From: Felis catus
Lineage: Eukaryota
Assembly (NCBI RefSeq): GCF_018350175.1
Contig: NC_058368.1
Location: forward strand, 32,180,001-32,244,000
Length of the DNA stretch: 64,000 bases
Direction: 5' to 3'
Shown here in pieces: positions 39,394 to 51,271 of the stretch. Numbering within the stretch: position 1 is the first letter of the stretch; each line of letters begins with the position of its first letter. The position numbers and the translations under genes were made by a program. The notes under the pieces are model-generated. The model saw nothing but the letters and a program-made list of their open reading frames with translations, was not told the DNA's origin and did not search any database.

Positions 39394-40296
39394 TTATTTA
39401 TTTTTATATTTTATATTCAAGTTTTACGGGCTTTCTTTATAAAGGAAGGTCTGAATGTACCATATTCACTAACAGCCTGAAGACAACATTGAAAGGCTTT
39501 CAAAGTGACAGCACTATGAACTGTATTAGTAATATAATATATTTATAACTTATATATATAATCTTGTCAACACAATGCATAAAAGACATGCAGGAAGAGT
39601 CCTGGTTTTCACATTATGTTATATATTCAAGTAAGCTTAAAAATATATTCTCCCACTTTCTTTTTTAAAAAAATAAACTGTGGATTATAAATGACAATCT
39701 TTCATCAAAATGTATAATATAACTCTTTGGTGTGCTTTGAATTCTTCCAAGAAAAACAAAGGATGATGTTTGAAAATAAATTAATTCAACTCTACAAATA
39801 ATAGTGTTTACATACAAGTTATTAACAATGACAAAATTACATCAACCACTCACAGCACACAAAACAAATTTCTACAACCCCGGGGGATCAGGGTGTCTTC
39901 AGGATCTCTCAGGAAAATTAGTGTTCTTTAGTATATTTGTATGTTGTTTATGATGGGCTGTATTTTGTATGAGAGGTGTTGCATGAACTGAAAATGAATG
40001 ACTAAGAGTTATTGTCCTCGGTCCTTGACCTTTTTTACCATAGATTTGCAGTTCTGACAAAGGTCGCACATTCATCAGTATTTGGTGATTACTATAAAAC
40101 TTTAAATATTTTAATATGTATAGCAACTCCCTCCCTCGTTTAATGTAAATCATACACTTCACACACAATGTCATTTTCTAATGGGATACAGTTCAGTGTG
40201 TTCAGTGCTCAGGTGGAAAAAAATACATGAAATGTAGTTTCAGGCATTGAAAAGTGAAGACTTTAAAAGGTTGATACAACAATATAAAAGAGGGGT
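39394..40296 (-). pseudogene. Candidate retrocopied 3'UTR or transduced sequence of about 900 bp; parent unidentified
   Basis: Non-repeat sequence precisely interrupting the L1M, with a degenerate polyT at its left end. Confidence 0.5.
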
Positions 40297-41107
40297 TGAA
40301 AAGACAGTTTTGCTGAATATAGAATTCTAAATTGACAGTTTTGTTTTAGTTTTTTTCTTTTAGTCATTGAAATATATCATCCACTGCTTTCTGCCTTCCA
40401 GTTTTCTGATGAGACATTGGTTAATAAATTTATGGGGATCTCTTTTATGTGATGAATTGCTTCTCTCCTGTGGCTTTCAAGATTCTCTGTCTTTGGGTTT
40501 CAACAGCTTGATAATAATGTGTCCCAGTATAGATCTCTATGTTTATCCTATTTGGAGTTCATTGACTTTCATTGATTTGTAAACTATTGTATTTCATCAG
40601 ATTTAGGACTTTTTCAGCCATTGTTACTTCAAGTAATCTTTGCCCTTTGTCTCTATCTTCTCCTTCTGGTAATTTCATAATGCATTTTTTTTCCAAGCAG
40701 GGAACTGATTTGAGTTCTAGAAATTCATGGAGACAAAGGGTTAGAAAAAGCAAGGTGAATTGAAGAGTCCCAGAGTGAGTTATAAAAACAAAAACCTGTA
40801 GATTGTTTGAAATACTGTAGCTAGAGCCATTGTCCATTCCTTCAAACTTCTCTACTCATTTTGTGAAATCCAAGATGTAACAAATCTCATCACTCATCCT
40901 CCACTCCTGATACTACTTCCACAGATAGCCAAATAAATTAAGTGAATAAAGGAGATTCTACTCTAAATACATTATATTAATGGTATAAAATCATGGAGTA
41001 GCTTTTGTGAAAGCTGAAGGATTTTGTGCCCTAGCTTATAAGGTCTCAAAGCATGACATCTAATCCATGTAAAGGAAAATTGGTTGAATAATTGTTTCCA
41101 CCATTAG

Positions 41108-41111
<4 letters not shown>

Positions 41112-41156
<45 letters not shown>
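41112..41156. repeat. (AT)n microsatellite
   Basis: Directly visible. Confidence 0.97.
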
Positions 41157-41159
<3 letters not shown>

Positions 41160-43263
41160 TTTTTTTCAATTAGTTCCTATTTTTGATGGCAACCACTTTT
41201 CTGAAGTTCCAAGTATTTTGGTCCAATATGACTGGTTACTTACTAAGGTAGCTACTCATCTGCCATTCTAGAATTGCTTTTTAGTGTTCTTTTAGGTTAT
41301 TCCCTTAATTTGTACACTTTGTCTTCCTTTTTCTTAGTTTCTTGTCTTCTTTTAACAATGAAGATAAAAAAATTATTTAAACTCAATTAGATTTATAAGA
41401 AAGTATGTGTTAGATGTGTATCTTCTGAACTTGTATGTGTTTGAAAATTCCTTGAATGTTTTCCCTCACACTTCAATGATATTTTGAGTATGGAAATTCT
41501 GGTAAAATTAGGCTTTCTCCCATTGCCTTCTCAAATCTTTGCATGGTATATTCGTTGATTACTTTTTTGCACCTTGGTTAGTGTAGAGAAAAAAACTGAA
41601 TGATTCACTGTGTATGTCTCTTACAGAGTGAACCTACAACCAATCTTCATCTGTTTCAGATTTTAGGAACAGTGATAAAAGCAAAATGACAGAGAAGTTC
41701 AAACAGCGTATTAGTACTTCTCAATGGTTGTGTTAATTTGCCAATATAAGAGTTTGAAAACAGACATTTCTGCTTATAGAAACATGTAAAAGAGAGCATC
41801 TCCCTGGTTTGCTTCCATTGTGTCAGTAACACACACAGCCCTAAATAACTCATCAAACTTTTACTGACCACCAACCTTATATATGGTGTTGTGATAAATG
41901 TTGTTTGTAGAAGCCTGAAGGAATTATGTCCATCAATATGAACAGTGGAACCCCAATTTAACAAAATCACCAGCTTAATTAGCCTTCAGTGTTAAATATT
42001 TATCTTCATTTCTCTTTATAAAATCTACTGATGGATGCACCTGACATACTAAGAAATATTAACGAATTCCTTCCTTCATGACCTCATGTGCACTTATGCT
42101 CCAACCTATTGAGCTGTATGCTCTTATGAGTGAGCTGTGTTTTTTCTAAGCCACTATATGCCAGTTATAATTGTTTCCATCATTTCATTTTAAACTAAAT
42201 ATCTTTAACAAGATGATAATTTTAATTGCAAATAGAATTATCACTTTTATGAAAATTAAGTTGAATACTTTGCAAAACTTTATATAATTGTGGAAGGCTA
42301 AAATATTGCTATATTACTGAGTATTGTAGATAAAAACTAAAATGGTAAGTGCTCTTTTGTTTATTGTTTATGCAAAAAAAACAAACAAAACACACAACTC
42401 TAAAGAAAACACTCTGCAACACAAAATTATATATAGTGAATGTACATTTATATGATTTAACATAAAACAGGTAAATTACTTGTGTCATTATTTGTAATTC
42501 CATGCTTTAACTGACTTTTTGATTAATTGACCAAGTACTACTTCTGACATTGATAATTAAGATGGATTTTATTGTAATTTACCAAATTAAGTTAGAATAC
42601 TCTCCTTCCATACATTGTTATCACCCTACAAACACAAAATATTTGAACACCTACTGCATTCAGCATGATATATTAGGTGCAAGTGGAAGGATGGGCCAAG
42701 AACATTAATAATCTAGGATAATATTTACTTTTGAAAATAGATTTCCATGACCTACATTTCCCAATTCCTGCCTATATTTACAATTCACTGGGCTATCAGA
42801 GAAAGAATAGAAATATATATAGATGAGACAGAGGATGTTAAAAGCATTCTCTGTATTAGGATATTCAGTTTACTAAAATTAAGTCTCTACTTAAGAGGAA
42901 AGACATGACTATAAAACTTAGTCTCTTAAAACATAATACTAAACATACAGTGAAATAATCCATTTAAAATCAATGTCAATTTACTATAGAACTACTACAT
43001 GCAAGGCACTATAACCAAAACACAGGTAATTTAAAGATACCTTTTGTTCCTCCGGGAGCTTATGATGTATGAGAGAAATCAGATATTTACAAGGTATGTG
43101 AAATTTAAAAATTATAATGTGGAAAGTTCAAGCACAAAGTTATAATAAATAATGTGGATTGGACTGAAAGGCAGGCTGGAACAAGACCGTCCAGAACACC
43201 TCCATTTTATATCTGTGACTTCAATTTTCCATTCAATTTAGGATTTCTAAATTTTTAATTTTT

Positions 43264-43450
43264 TTTTTAATTTTTTTTTCAACGTTTATTTATTTTTGGG
43301 ACAGAGAGAGAGGGAGACACAGAATTGGAAACAGGCTCGAGGCTCTGAGCTGTCAGTCCAGAGCCCGACGCGGGGCTCGAACTCACGGACCGCGAGATCG
43401 TGACCTGGCTGAAGTCGGACGCTTAACCGACTGTGCCACCCAGGCGCCCC
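43264..43450 (-). mobile_element. Young felid SINEC_Fc with an internal deletion
   Basis: CpG-rich head; TSD ctaaatttttaattttt. Confidence 0.95.
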
Positions 43451-45021
43451 TAAATTTTTAATTTTTAATAAAGTATGAGTATTTGCATTAAATAATCTAG
43501 AATAGGCTTGTAAACATTTCAAGAAAACATAATGAACTCGTGTGTTATTTATAAATAAAGTTTTCTTCTAATCTATTAATATTGTGGGTGGTTTAGGTAA
43601 AATACATGATATTAGTGAATTTAATAGTCCTTTTATTTACCAGAGAAGTTCTGCCATTAAATACAAGAAGCTCTGGTTTTCTCAAGTTGTGGCAGGAGGT
43701 GGTCTGTGGAAAACCAAATAAAGCTTTTTTTTGTTTGCTTGTTTTTTAATGGGAAATAAGTGAAGCACTAAAGTCTCTGCATCTCCTAATCAGAGTATAT
43801 AAAGAATGAAAGAATTTACATTCTTTAGTCATTTTAATATGTATGGAAATCTGAAAATGTAAAGCTATTTATTCAAGTTGTTTGGGCAACATCTTTTATT
43901 TTGACATGAACACTTTCTGAGCAATGAGAAAAAATGGAAATATATGTTTAATGAAAGCTGACATACTAAACTTCGATTTAAAAAAAAACACTAAAAATTT
44001 TAATTTCTACAACTGTCTGCTTCCTTTTCTCATTCACTTTTGAGTTTATGCTGTTATCACTAATCTCATGGTACCCAGAAGACAGAAACTCACTGAAGAT
44101 TCAACATCCCTTTCAAGACTTATTTGAGATGTGCTATGCCCAATGAAGACAAGTTAGAAAGCAACAGAACATGCTTTTACATGTCACTTTTTAACACATG
44201 ACTTGTTCCTGAGATCAAATGACTTGTTCTAAAGTCATTTTTGCCTTCCTGATTTCCACATTTTCTTGTGCAAGTATGAAAAGTGAAGCAATAACTGTTG
44301 AAGCAATGACTCTTTGCAAATTTAGAACTTTGTAAATCGTTAAATTGTTCCAAGCTTCACAACAGTGAAATCAAATATAAAATCGGTTAATTTCAATAAT
44401 AGTTCATTTTTTAAAATCCAGCTAGTAGAATCAAAGTAAAATTTGGAAATTCATTTTGTGGAAGATGAAATTTATTATTCAGAGATTTACTTTAAATACA
44501 GTGAAAAATTTAATATTGAAAACAACATTATTTTTGTAGTAATCTGGAAAAATAATTTGGAAAAAAAGTGTTATTACTGAATGAAGAAACATGCATTGCA
44601 TTAATGTATACCAAATTCATAGTTTCATCTGAGCAATGTAGACTATCCTAACAACTGAATGCAACTAAACATAGAAACATGCAAATCTATTAAATCTATG
44701 TGTGTATGCTTGTGAGTGTGTATATTCAAATATTTATACATTGACTTAATGGAGCTGAACCCTAAATTGTTTAATAAGAATATGGTAAGCTAAAAAGCAA
44801 TACTTCAGCATAATAGTATGTATTCAGTCTTTCTGATATTTATGATCAATTAGATTTTATAAATGATTTTGCCTTTGAAAAATATTTTTCAATCAAACCT
44901 ATATATGTTATGATAATATGAACTCTCTTGTAAAAATTACTCTATATTTTGGTTGTGTTCAAAACAGGAAATTTTTAATGAAAATATTCAACATGTTGAA
45001 TTACAAAAACAGCTTTCAAAG

Positions 45022-45063
45022 TGTATTAGTCAAGATTTAACTAGAGAAGTAGAACCAGTAAGA

Positions 45064-45099
<36 letters not shown>

Positions 45100-46130
45100 A
45101 CATGCATGTGTGTGGATTTGTTACAATAAATTGGTTACACAATTGTGTGCACTACTTAGATAATCTCTGAAGGCTATTATCTAGTATTGGTGTTTGTAGT
45201 CCACACGGGGAAGGCCATCAGTGTAACTGAGTCCAAGCTCACTCTGCTCACTGCATAAGCCAATAAGTCTAAAGGCAAGATGTTGGGGTAGGAAAGCAAC
45301 TTAATTCAAAAAACCAGAAAACTGAGAAGATGGCGGACTATTGTCTTAAAGAACCATCTTAACCCAGCATGAAATTTGAGCTTTCTTTATGTTAGGAAAA
45401 GGGAAAAGCAGGAGGGGATTAGAATCAAGAGGTGAGTGATATCTATAGACATTCAGATACCTACAAAGATCCAAGGAAAGCCATGCAACTTTTATGTCTT
45501 TGGTCAGGTGATCTTTCTGTATAGGAATCTGGTCATGATACTCCTATATCTTAGACATATGCATACTTCCTTATCTCCCCAGGGGAATGTGAGCTTTGGT
45601 TACAGGCAGTTTGCATAAATGTTAACATGTCTATGTGCATAGTTAAGCAGAATTTTCTAATCTATAGGTCATAGTAGCAAGGGAAATAGAAACAATATGG
45701 AGTCAGACATGCTTAGTTTTTCCCCATTATGTCAGGAAGGGAAGATCATATGTACACCTTGGAACTTACACACAAGATCTGGAAACCCAGTGGCACACAT
45801 TGAGACTTGTGTCTATTCTTACTACCTCTGTTTGGTGATGAAGTTATCCTTCAGAAGCTGGTGTGCTTTGTAAAGTAGCTAAACATACAAACCTGGTGCA
45901 GGTGTCAGTGACACTAAAGGAGATTCCAGGGGAAGGTAGAGCAATAATTACAGGCCTGGCAGTTTCGTGGTAACAATAAGAGTCAACTAAAAAATGTCTC
46001 CTGCTTCACTTTCTCCAACTGTTCCAAGAATCTTCCTTGTAACCAACCAATTCTAATCTAAGAACAGAAGAAAGTGAATCCAGGAGATTTAGTTCAGCCC
46101 ATTCAACTTGACACATTGCAAACTTACACA
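45022..46130 (-). mobile_element. MLT2-type LTR containing (TG)n, interrupted by an ERV1 LTR
   Basis: tgtattagtcaag...agaaccagtaag...; ends ttgacacattgcaaacttacaca. Confidence 0.7.
45222..45731 (-). mobile_element. ERV1-type solo LTR nested in MLT2
   Basis: tgtaactgagtccaag...gagaagatggcggactattgtcttaaagaaccatctt...; 4-bp TSD tcag. Confidence 0.7.
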
Positions 46131-46434
46131 GGAAACATTTAGCAAAAGACAGCTTTTGTACCCAAATATTATAGACTGGAGAGCATTTTTTATTTTTTTA
46201 TTTTTATTTTTGAAGATTTACATCCAAATTAGTTAGCATATAGTGCAACAATGATTTCAGGAGTAGATTCCTTAGTGCCCCTTACCCATTTAGCCCATCC
46301 CCCCTCCCACACCCCTTCAGCAAACCTCAGTTTGTTCTCCATATTTATGAGTCTCTTCTGTTTTGTCCCCCTCCATGTTTTTATATTATTTTGTTTCCCT
46401 TCCCTTATGTTCATTGGTTTGGCTCTTAAAGTCC

Positions 46435-49400
46435 TCATATGAGTGAAGTCATATGATCTTTGTCTTTCTCTGACAGACTAATTTCACTTACCATAATACC
46501 CTCCAGTTCCATCCATGTAGTTGCAAATGGCAAGATTTCATTCTTTTTGACTGCCAAGTAATACTCCATTATATACATATACCACTTTTTCTTTATCCAT
46601 TCGTCAATCGATGGACATTTGGGGTCTTTCCATATTTTGGCTATTGTTGATAGTGCTGCTATATACATGGGGGTGCATGTGTCCCTTCAAAACAGCACAC
46701 CTGTATCCCTTGGATAAATGCCTAGTAGTGCAATTGTTGGGGCGTAGGGTAGTTTTATTTTTAGTTTTTTGAGGAACCTCCATACTGTTTTCCCGAGTGG
46801 CCACACATTCCCACCAACAATGCAAAAGAGATCCTCTTTCTCCCCATCCTCGCCAACATCTGCTGTTGCCTGAGTTGTCACTGTTAGCCATTCTGACAGG
46901 TGTCAGGTGGTATCTCATTGTGGTTTTGATTTTTATTTTCCTGATGATGAGTGATGTTGAGCAATTTTTCATGTGTTGGTTGGCCATCTGGATGTCTTCT
47001 TTGGAGAAATGTCTATTCATGTCTTTTGCCCATTTCTTCACTGGATTATTTGTTTTTGGGTGTTGAGTTTGATAAGTTATTTATAGATTTTGGATACTAA
47101 CGCTTTATCTGATATGTCATTTGCAAATATCTTCTCCCATTTTGCCGGTTGCCTTTCAGTTTTGCTGATTGTTTCCATCACTCTGCAAAAGCTTTTTATT
47201 TTCATGAGATCCCAATAGTTCATTTTTGCTTTTGTTTCCCTTGCCTCCAGAGAGGTGTCGAGTAAGAAGTTGCTGCAACCAAGATCAAAGAGGTTTTTGC
47301 CTGCTTTCTCCTCGAGGATTTTGATGGCATCCTGTCTTACATTGAGGCCTTTCATCCATTTTGACTTTATTTTTGTGTATGGTGTAAGAAAGTGGTCTGG
47401 GTTCATTCTTCTGCATGTCGCTGTTCAGTTTTCCCAGCACCACTTGCTGAAGAGACTGTCTTTATTCCATTGGATATTCTTTCCTGCTTTGTCAAAGATT
47501 AGTTGACCATAGGTTTGTGGGTCCCTGTCTGGGTTCTCTATTCTGTTCCATTGATCTAAGTGTCTGTTCTTGTGCCAGTACCACACTGTCTTCATGATTA
47601 CAACTTTGTAGTACAGCTTGAAGTCTAGGATAGTGACACCTCCTGCTTTGGTTTTCCTTTTCAAGATTGCTTTGGCTCTTCGGGGTCTTTTCTGGTTCCA
47701 TACAAATTTTAGGATTATTTGTTCTAGCTCTGTGAAGCATGCTGGTGTTATTTTGACAGGGATTGCATTGAATATGTAGATTGCTTTGGGTAGTATCGAC
47801 ATTTTAACAATATTTGTTCTTCCTATCCAGGAGCATGGAATCTTTTTCCTTTTTTTGTGTGTGTGTCTTCTTCAATTTCATTCATAAGCTTTCAATAGTT
47901 TTCAGTGTATAGATTTTTCACCTCTTTGGTTAGATTTATTCCTAGGTATTTAATGGTTTTTGGTGCAACTAAATGGGATCAATTCCTTGATTTCTCTTTC
48001 TGTTGCTTCATTGTCGGTGTGGAGGAATGCAACTGATTTCTGTGCATTGATTTTATATCCTGCAACTTTGCTGAATTCATGAATCAATTCTAGCAGTTTT
48101 TTGGTAGAATCTTTTAGATTTTCCATATAGAGTATCATGTCATCTGGGAAGAGTGAAAGTTTGACCTCCTCCTGGCATATTGGGATGCCTTTTATTTCTT
48201 TGTGTTGACTGATTGCAGAGGCTACGACTTCCAATACTATGTTGAATAATAGTGGCGAGAGTGGACATCCCTGTCTTGTTCCTGACCTTAAGGGGAAAGC
48301 TCTTAGTTTTTCCCCATTGAGGATGATATTACCGTTGGGTTGTTCATATATGGCTTTTATGATCTCTAGGTATGCTCCTTCTATCCCTGCTTTCTTGAGG
48401 GTTTTATTAAGAAAGGATGCTGTATTTTGTCAAATGCTTTCTCTGCACCTATTGAGAGGATCATATGGTTCTTGTCCTTTCTTTTATTGATGTGATGAAT
48501 CATGTTAATTGTTTTGCAGATATTGAACCAGCCCTCTATCCGAGGTATAAATCCCACTTGGTCGTGGTGAATAATTTTTTTAATGTATTGTTGGAGCCAG
48601 TTGGCTAATATCTTGTTGAGGATTTTTGCATCCATTTTCCTCAGGGAAATTGGTCTATAGTTCTCCTTTTTAGTGGGGTCTCTATCTGGTTTTGGAATCA
48701 AGGTAATGCTGGCTAACAGAAAGAGTTTGGAAGTTTTCCTTCCATTTCTATTTTTTGGAACAGTTTCAAGAGAATAGGTGTTAACTCTTCCTTAAATGTT
48801 TGGTAGAATTCGCCTAGAAAGCCATCTGGCACTGGACTCTTGTTTTTTGGCAGATTTTTGACTACTAACTCAATTTCCTTACTGGTATTGGTCTGTTCAA
48901 ATTTTCTATTTCTTCCTGCTTCAGTTTTGGTAGTGTATATGTTTCTAGGAATTTGTCCATTTCTTCCAGATTGCCCATTTTATTGGCATATAATTGCCCA
49001 TAGTAATCTCTTATCATTGTTTTTATTTCTACTATGTTGGTTGTGATCTCTCCTCTTTTTTCCTTGATTTTATTTATTTGGGTCCTTTCGTTTTTCTTCT
49101 TGATCAAACTGGCTAGTGGTTTATTAAATTTGTTAAATCTTTTAAAGAACCAGCTTCTCGTTTGATTTATCTGTTCTTTTTTTTTTTTTTTTTTTTGGTT
49201 TTAATAGCATTAATGTCTGCTCTAATCTTTATTATTTCTTGTCTTCTCCTGGTTTTGGGTTTTATTTGCTGTTCTTTTTTCCAGCTCCTTAAGGCATAAG
49301 GTTAGGTTGTGTATCTGAGATCTTTCTTTTTTCTTTAGGAAGGCCTGGATTGCTCTATACTTTCCTCTTATGACCACCTCTGCTGTGTCCCAGACATTTT

Positions 49401-50245
49401 GAGTTGTGGTGTTATCCTTTTCATTGACTTCCACATACTTTTTAATTTCCTCTTTAACTTCTTGGTTGACTCATTGATTCTTTACCTAGGATGTTCTTCA
49501 GTCTCCAAGTATTTGTTACCTTTCCAAATTTTTTCTTGTGGTTGATTTCGAGTTTCGTAGCACCGTGGTCTGAAAATATGCAGAGTATGATCTATATCTT
49601 TTTGTAGTTGCTGAGGGCTGATGTGTGTCCTAGTATGTGGTCTACTCTGGAGAAGGTTCCATGTGCACTGGAGAAGAATGTGTATTCTGCTGCTTTAGGA
49701 TGAAATGTTCTGAATATATCTGTGAAGTCCATCTGGTCCAGTGTGTCATTCAAAGCCATTGTTTCCTTGTTGATTTTTTGATTAGATGATCTGTCCATTG
49801 CTGTGAGTGGGTGTTGAAGTCTTCTATTATTATGGTATTACTATTGATGAGTTTCTTTATGTTTGTGGTTAATTTATATATTTGGGAGCTCTCACATTTG
49901 GTGCATAAATGTTTATAATTGTTAGGTCTTCTTGGTGGTACACCCCTTGATTATGATATAATGCCCTTATGCATGTCTTGATACAGTCTTTATTTTAAAG
50001 TCTAAATTGTCTTATATAAGTATGGCTACTCCAGCTTTCTTTTGTTGACCATTAGCATGACAGATGGTTCTCCAGCCCCTTATTTTTAATCTGAAGGTGT
50101 CTTCAGGTTTAAAGTGGGTCTCTTGTAAACAGCATATAGATGGATCTTGTTTTCTTGTCCATTCTGTTACTCTATGTCTTTTGATTGGAGCATTGAGTCC
50201 ATTGACGTTTAGAGTGAGTACTGAAAGATACGAATTTATTGCCAT
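46435..50245 (-). pseudogene. L1 ORF2 (endonuclease/reverse transcriptase), fragmented
   Basis: MAINSYLSVLTLNVNGLNAPIKR (EN), [26 protein letters not shown] (FADD mutated); split across many frames. Confidence 0.95.
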
Positions 50246-50345
50246 TATGATGCTTGAAGAGTTGGAGTTACTGGTGGTGTTCTCTGGTCCTTTCTAATCT
50301 TTTGTTGCTTTTGGCATTTATTTGTTTGTTTGTTTGTTTGTTTGT

Positions 50346-51271
50346 TTAATATTTATATTTCCATCTTTTCTCCCCTCTGAGAGTCCCCCTGAAAATTTCT
50401 TGCAGGGCTGGTTTAGCAGTCACAAAACTAAAACTGGAAAACTTTTTTTTGTTTGTTTGTCTGGGAAACTTTTTATCTCTGCTTCTATTTTGAATGATAG
50501 CCTTGCTGGATATAGAATTCTTGGCTGCATATTTTTCTGATTCAGCACACTGAATATATCCCACCGCTCCTTTCTGGCCTGCCAAGTTTCTGTGGATAGG
50601 TCTGCTCTGAACCTGATCTGTCTTCCCTTGTCGGTTAGGGACTTTTTTTTCCCTTGCTGCTTTCATGATTCTCTCCTTGCGTGAGCATTTTGTGAATTTG
50701 ACTATGATATGCCTTGTTGATGGTCGTTTTTTGTTGAATCTAATGGGGGTTCTCTGTGCTTCCTGGATTTTGATGTCTGTGTCTTTCCCCAGGTTAGGAA
50801 AGTTTTCTGCTATGATTTGCTCACTAATCCCTTCTACCCCTATTTCTGTCTCTTCCTCTTCTGGGACCCCTATGATTCTGATGTTGTTCCTTTTTAATGA
50901 GCCACTGATTTCTCTAATTCTTAAGCTGTGCTCTTTTCCCTTTATCTCCCTCTTTTTTTCTGCTTCATTATTCTCTCTGAGTTTGTCTTCTATATCGCTG
51001 ATTCTCTGTTCTTCCTCGTCCATCCTTTCCGCTGCTGCATCCATCTGTGATTGCAGCTCAGTTATAGCATTTTAAATTTCATTCTGGCTATTTTTTACTT
51101 CTTTTATCTCTGCAGAAAGGGATTCGAAACTATTTTCGACTCCAGCTAGTATTCTTCTTATCGTGATTCTAAATTGTGGTTCAGACATCTTGCTCCTATT
51201 TGTGTTGGTTAAATCCCTGGCAGTTGTTTCTTCGTGTTCTTTCTTTGGGGTGAATTCCTTCATTTTGTTAT
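50346..51271 (-). pseudogene. L1 ORF1, disrupted
   Basis: KRNNIRIIGVPE, ENFPNLGK, IQEAQRTP, RHIIVKF; probable start mutated to ATA with an early TGA; frameshifts. Confidence 0.92.

Larger units (their letters stand above)
37660..40690 (-). mobile_element. Ancient L1M (ORF1 region) split into three pieces by two later insertions
   Basis: Pieces 37660-37842, 39313-39393 and 40297-40690 read as contiguous L1M (...ttaatttctccctcattt | tgaaaagacagttttgctgaatatagaattc...). Confidence 0.7.
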
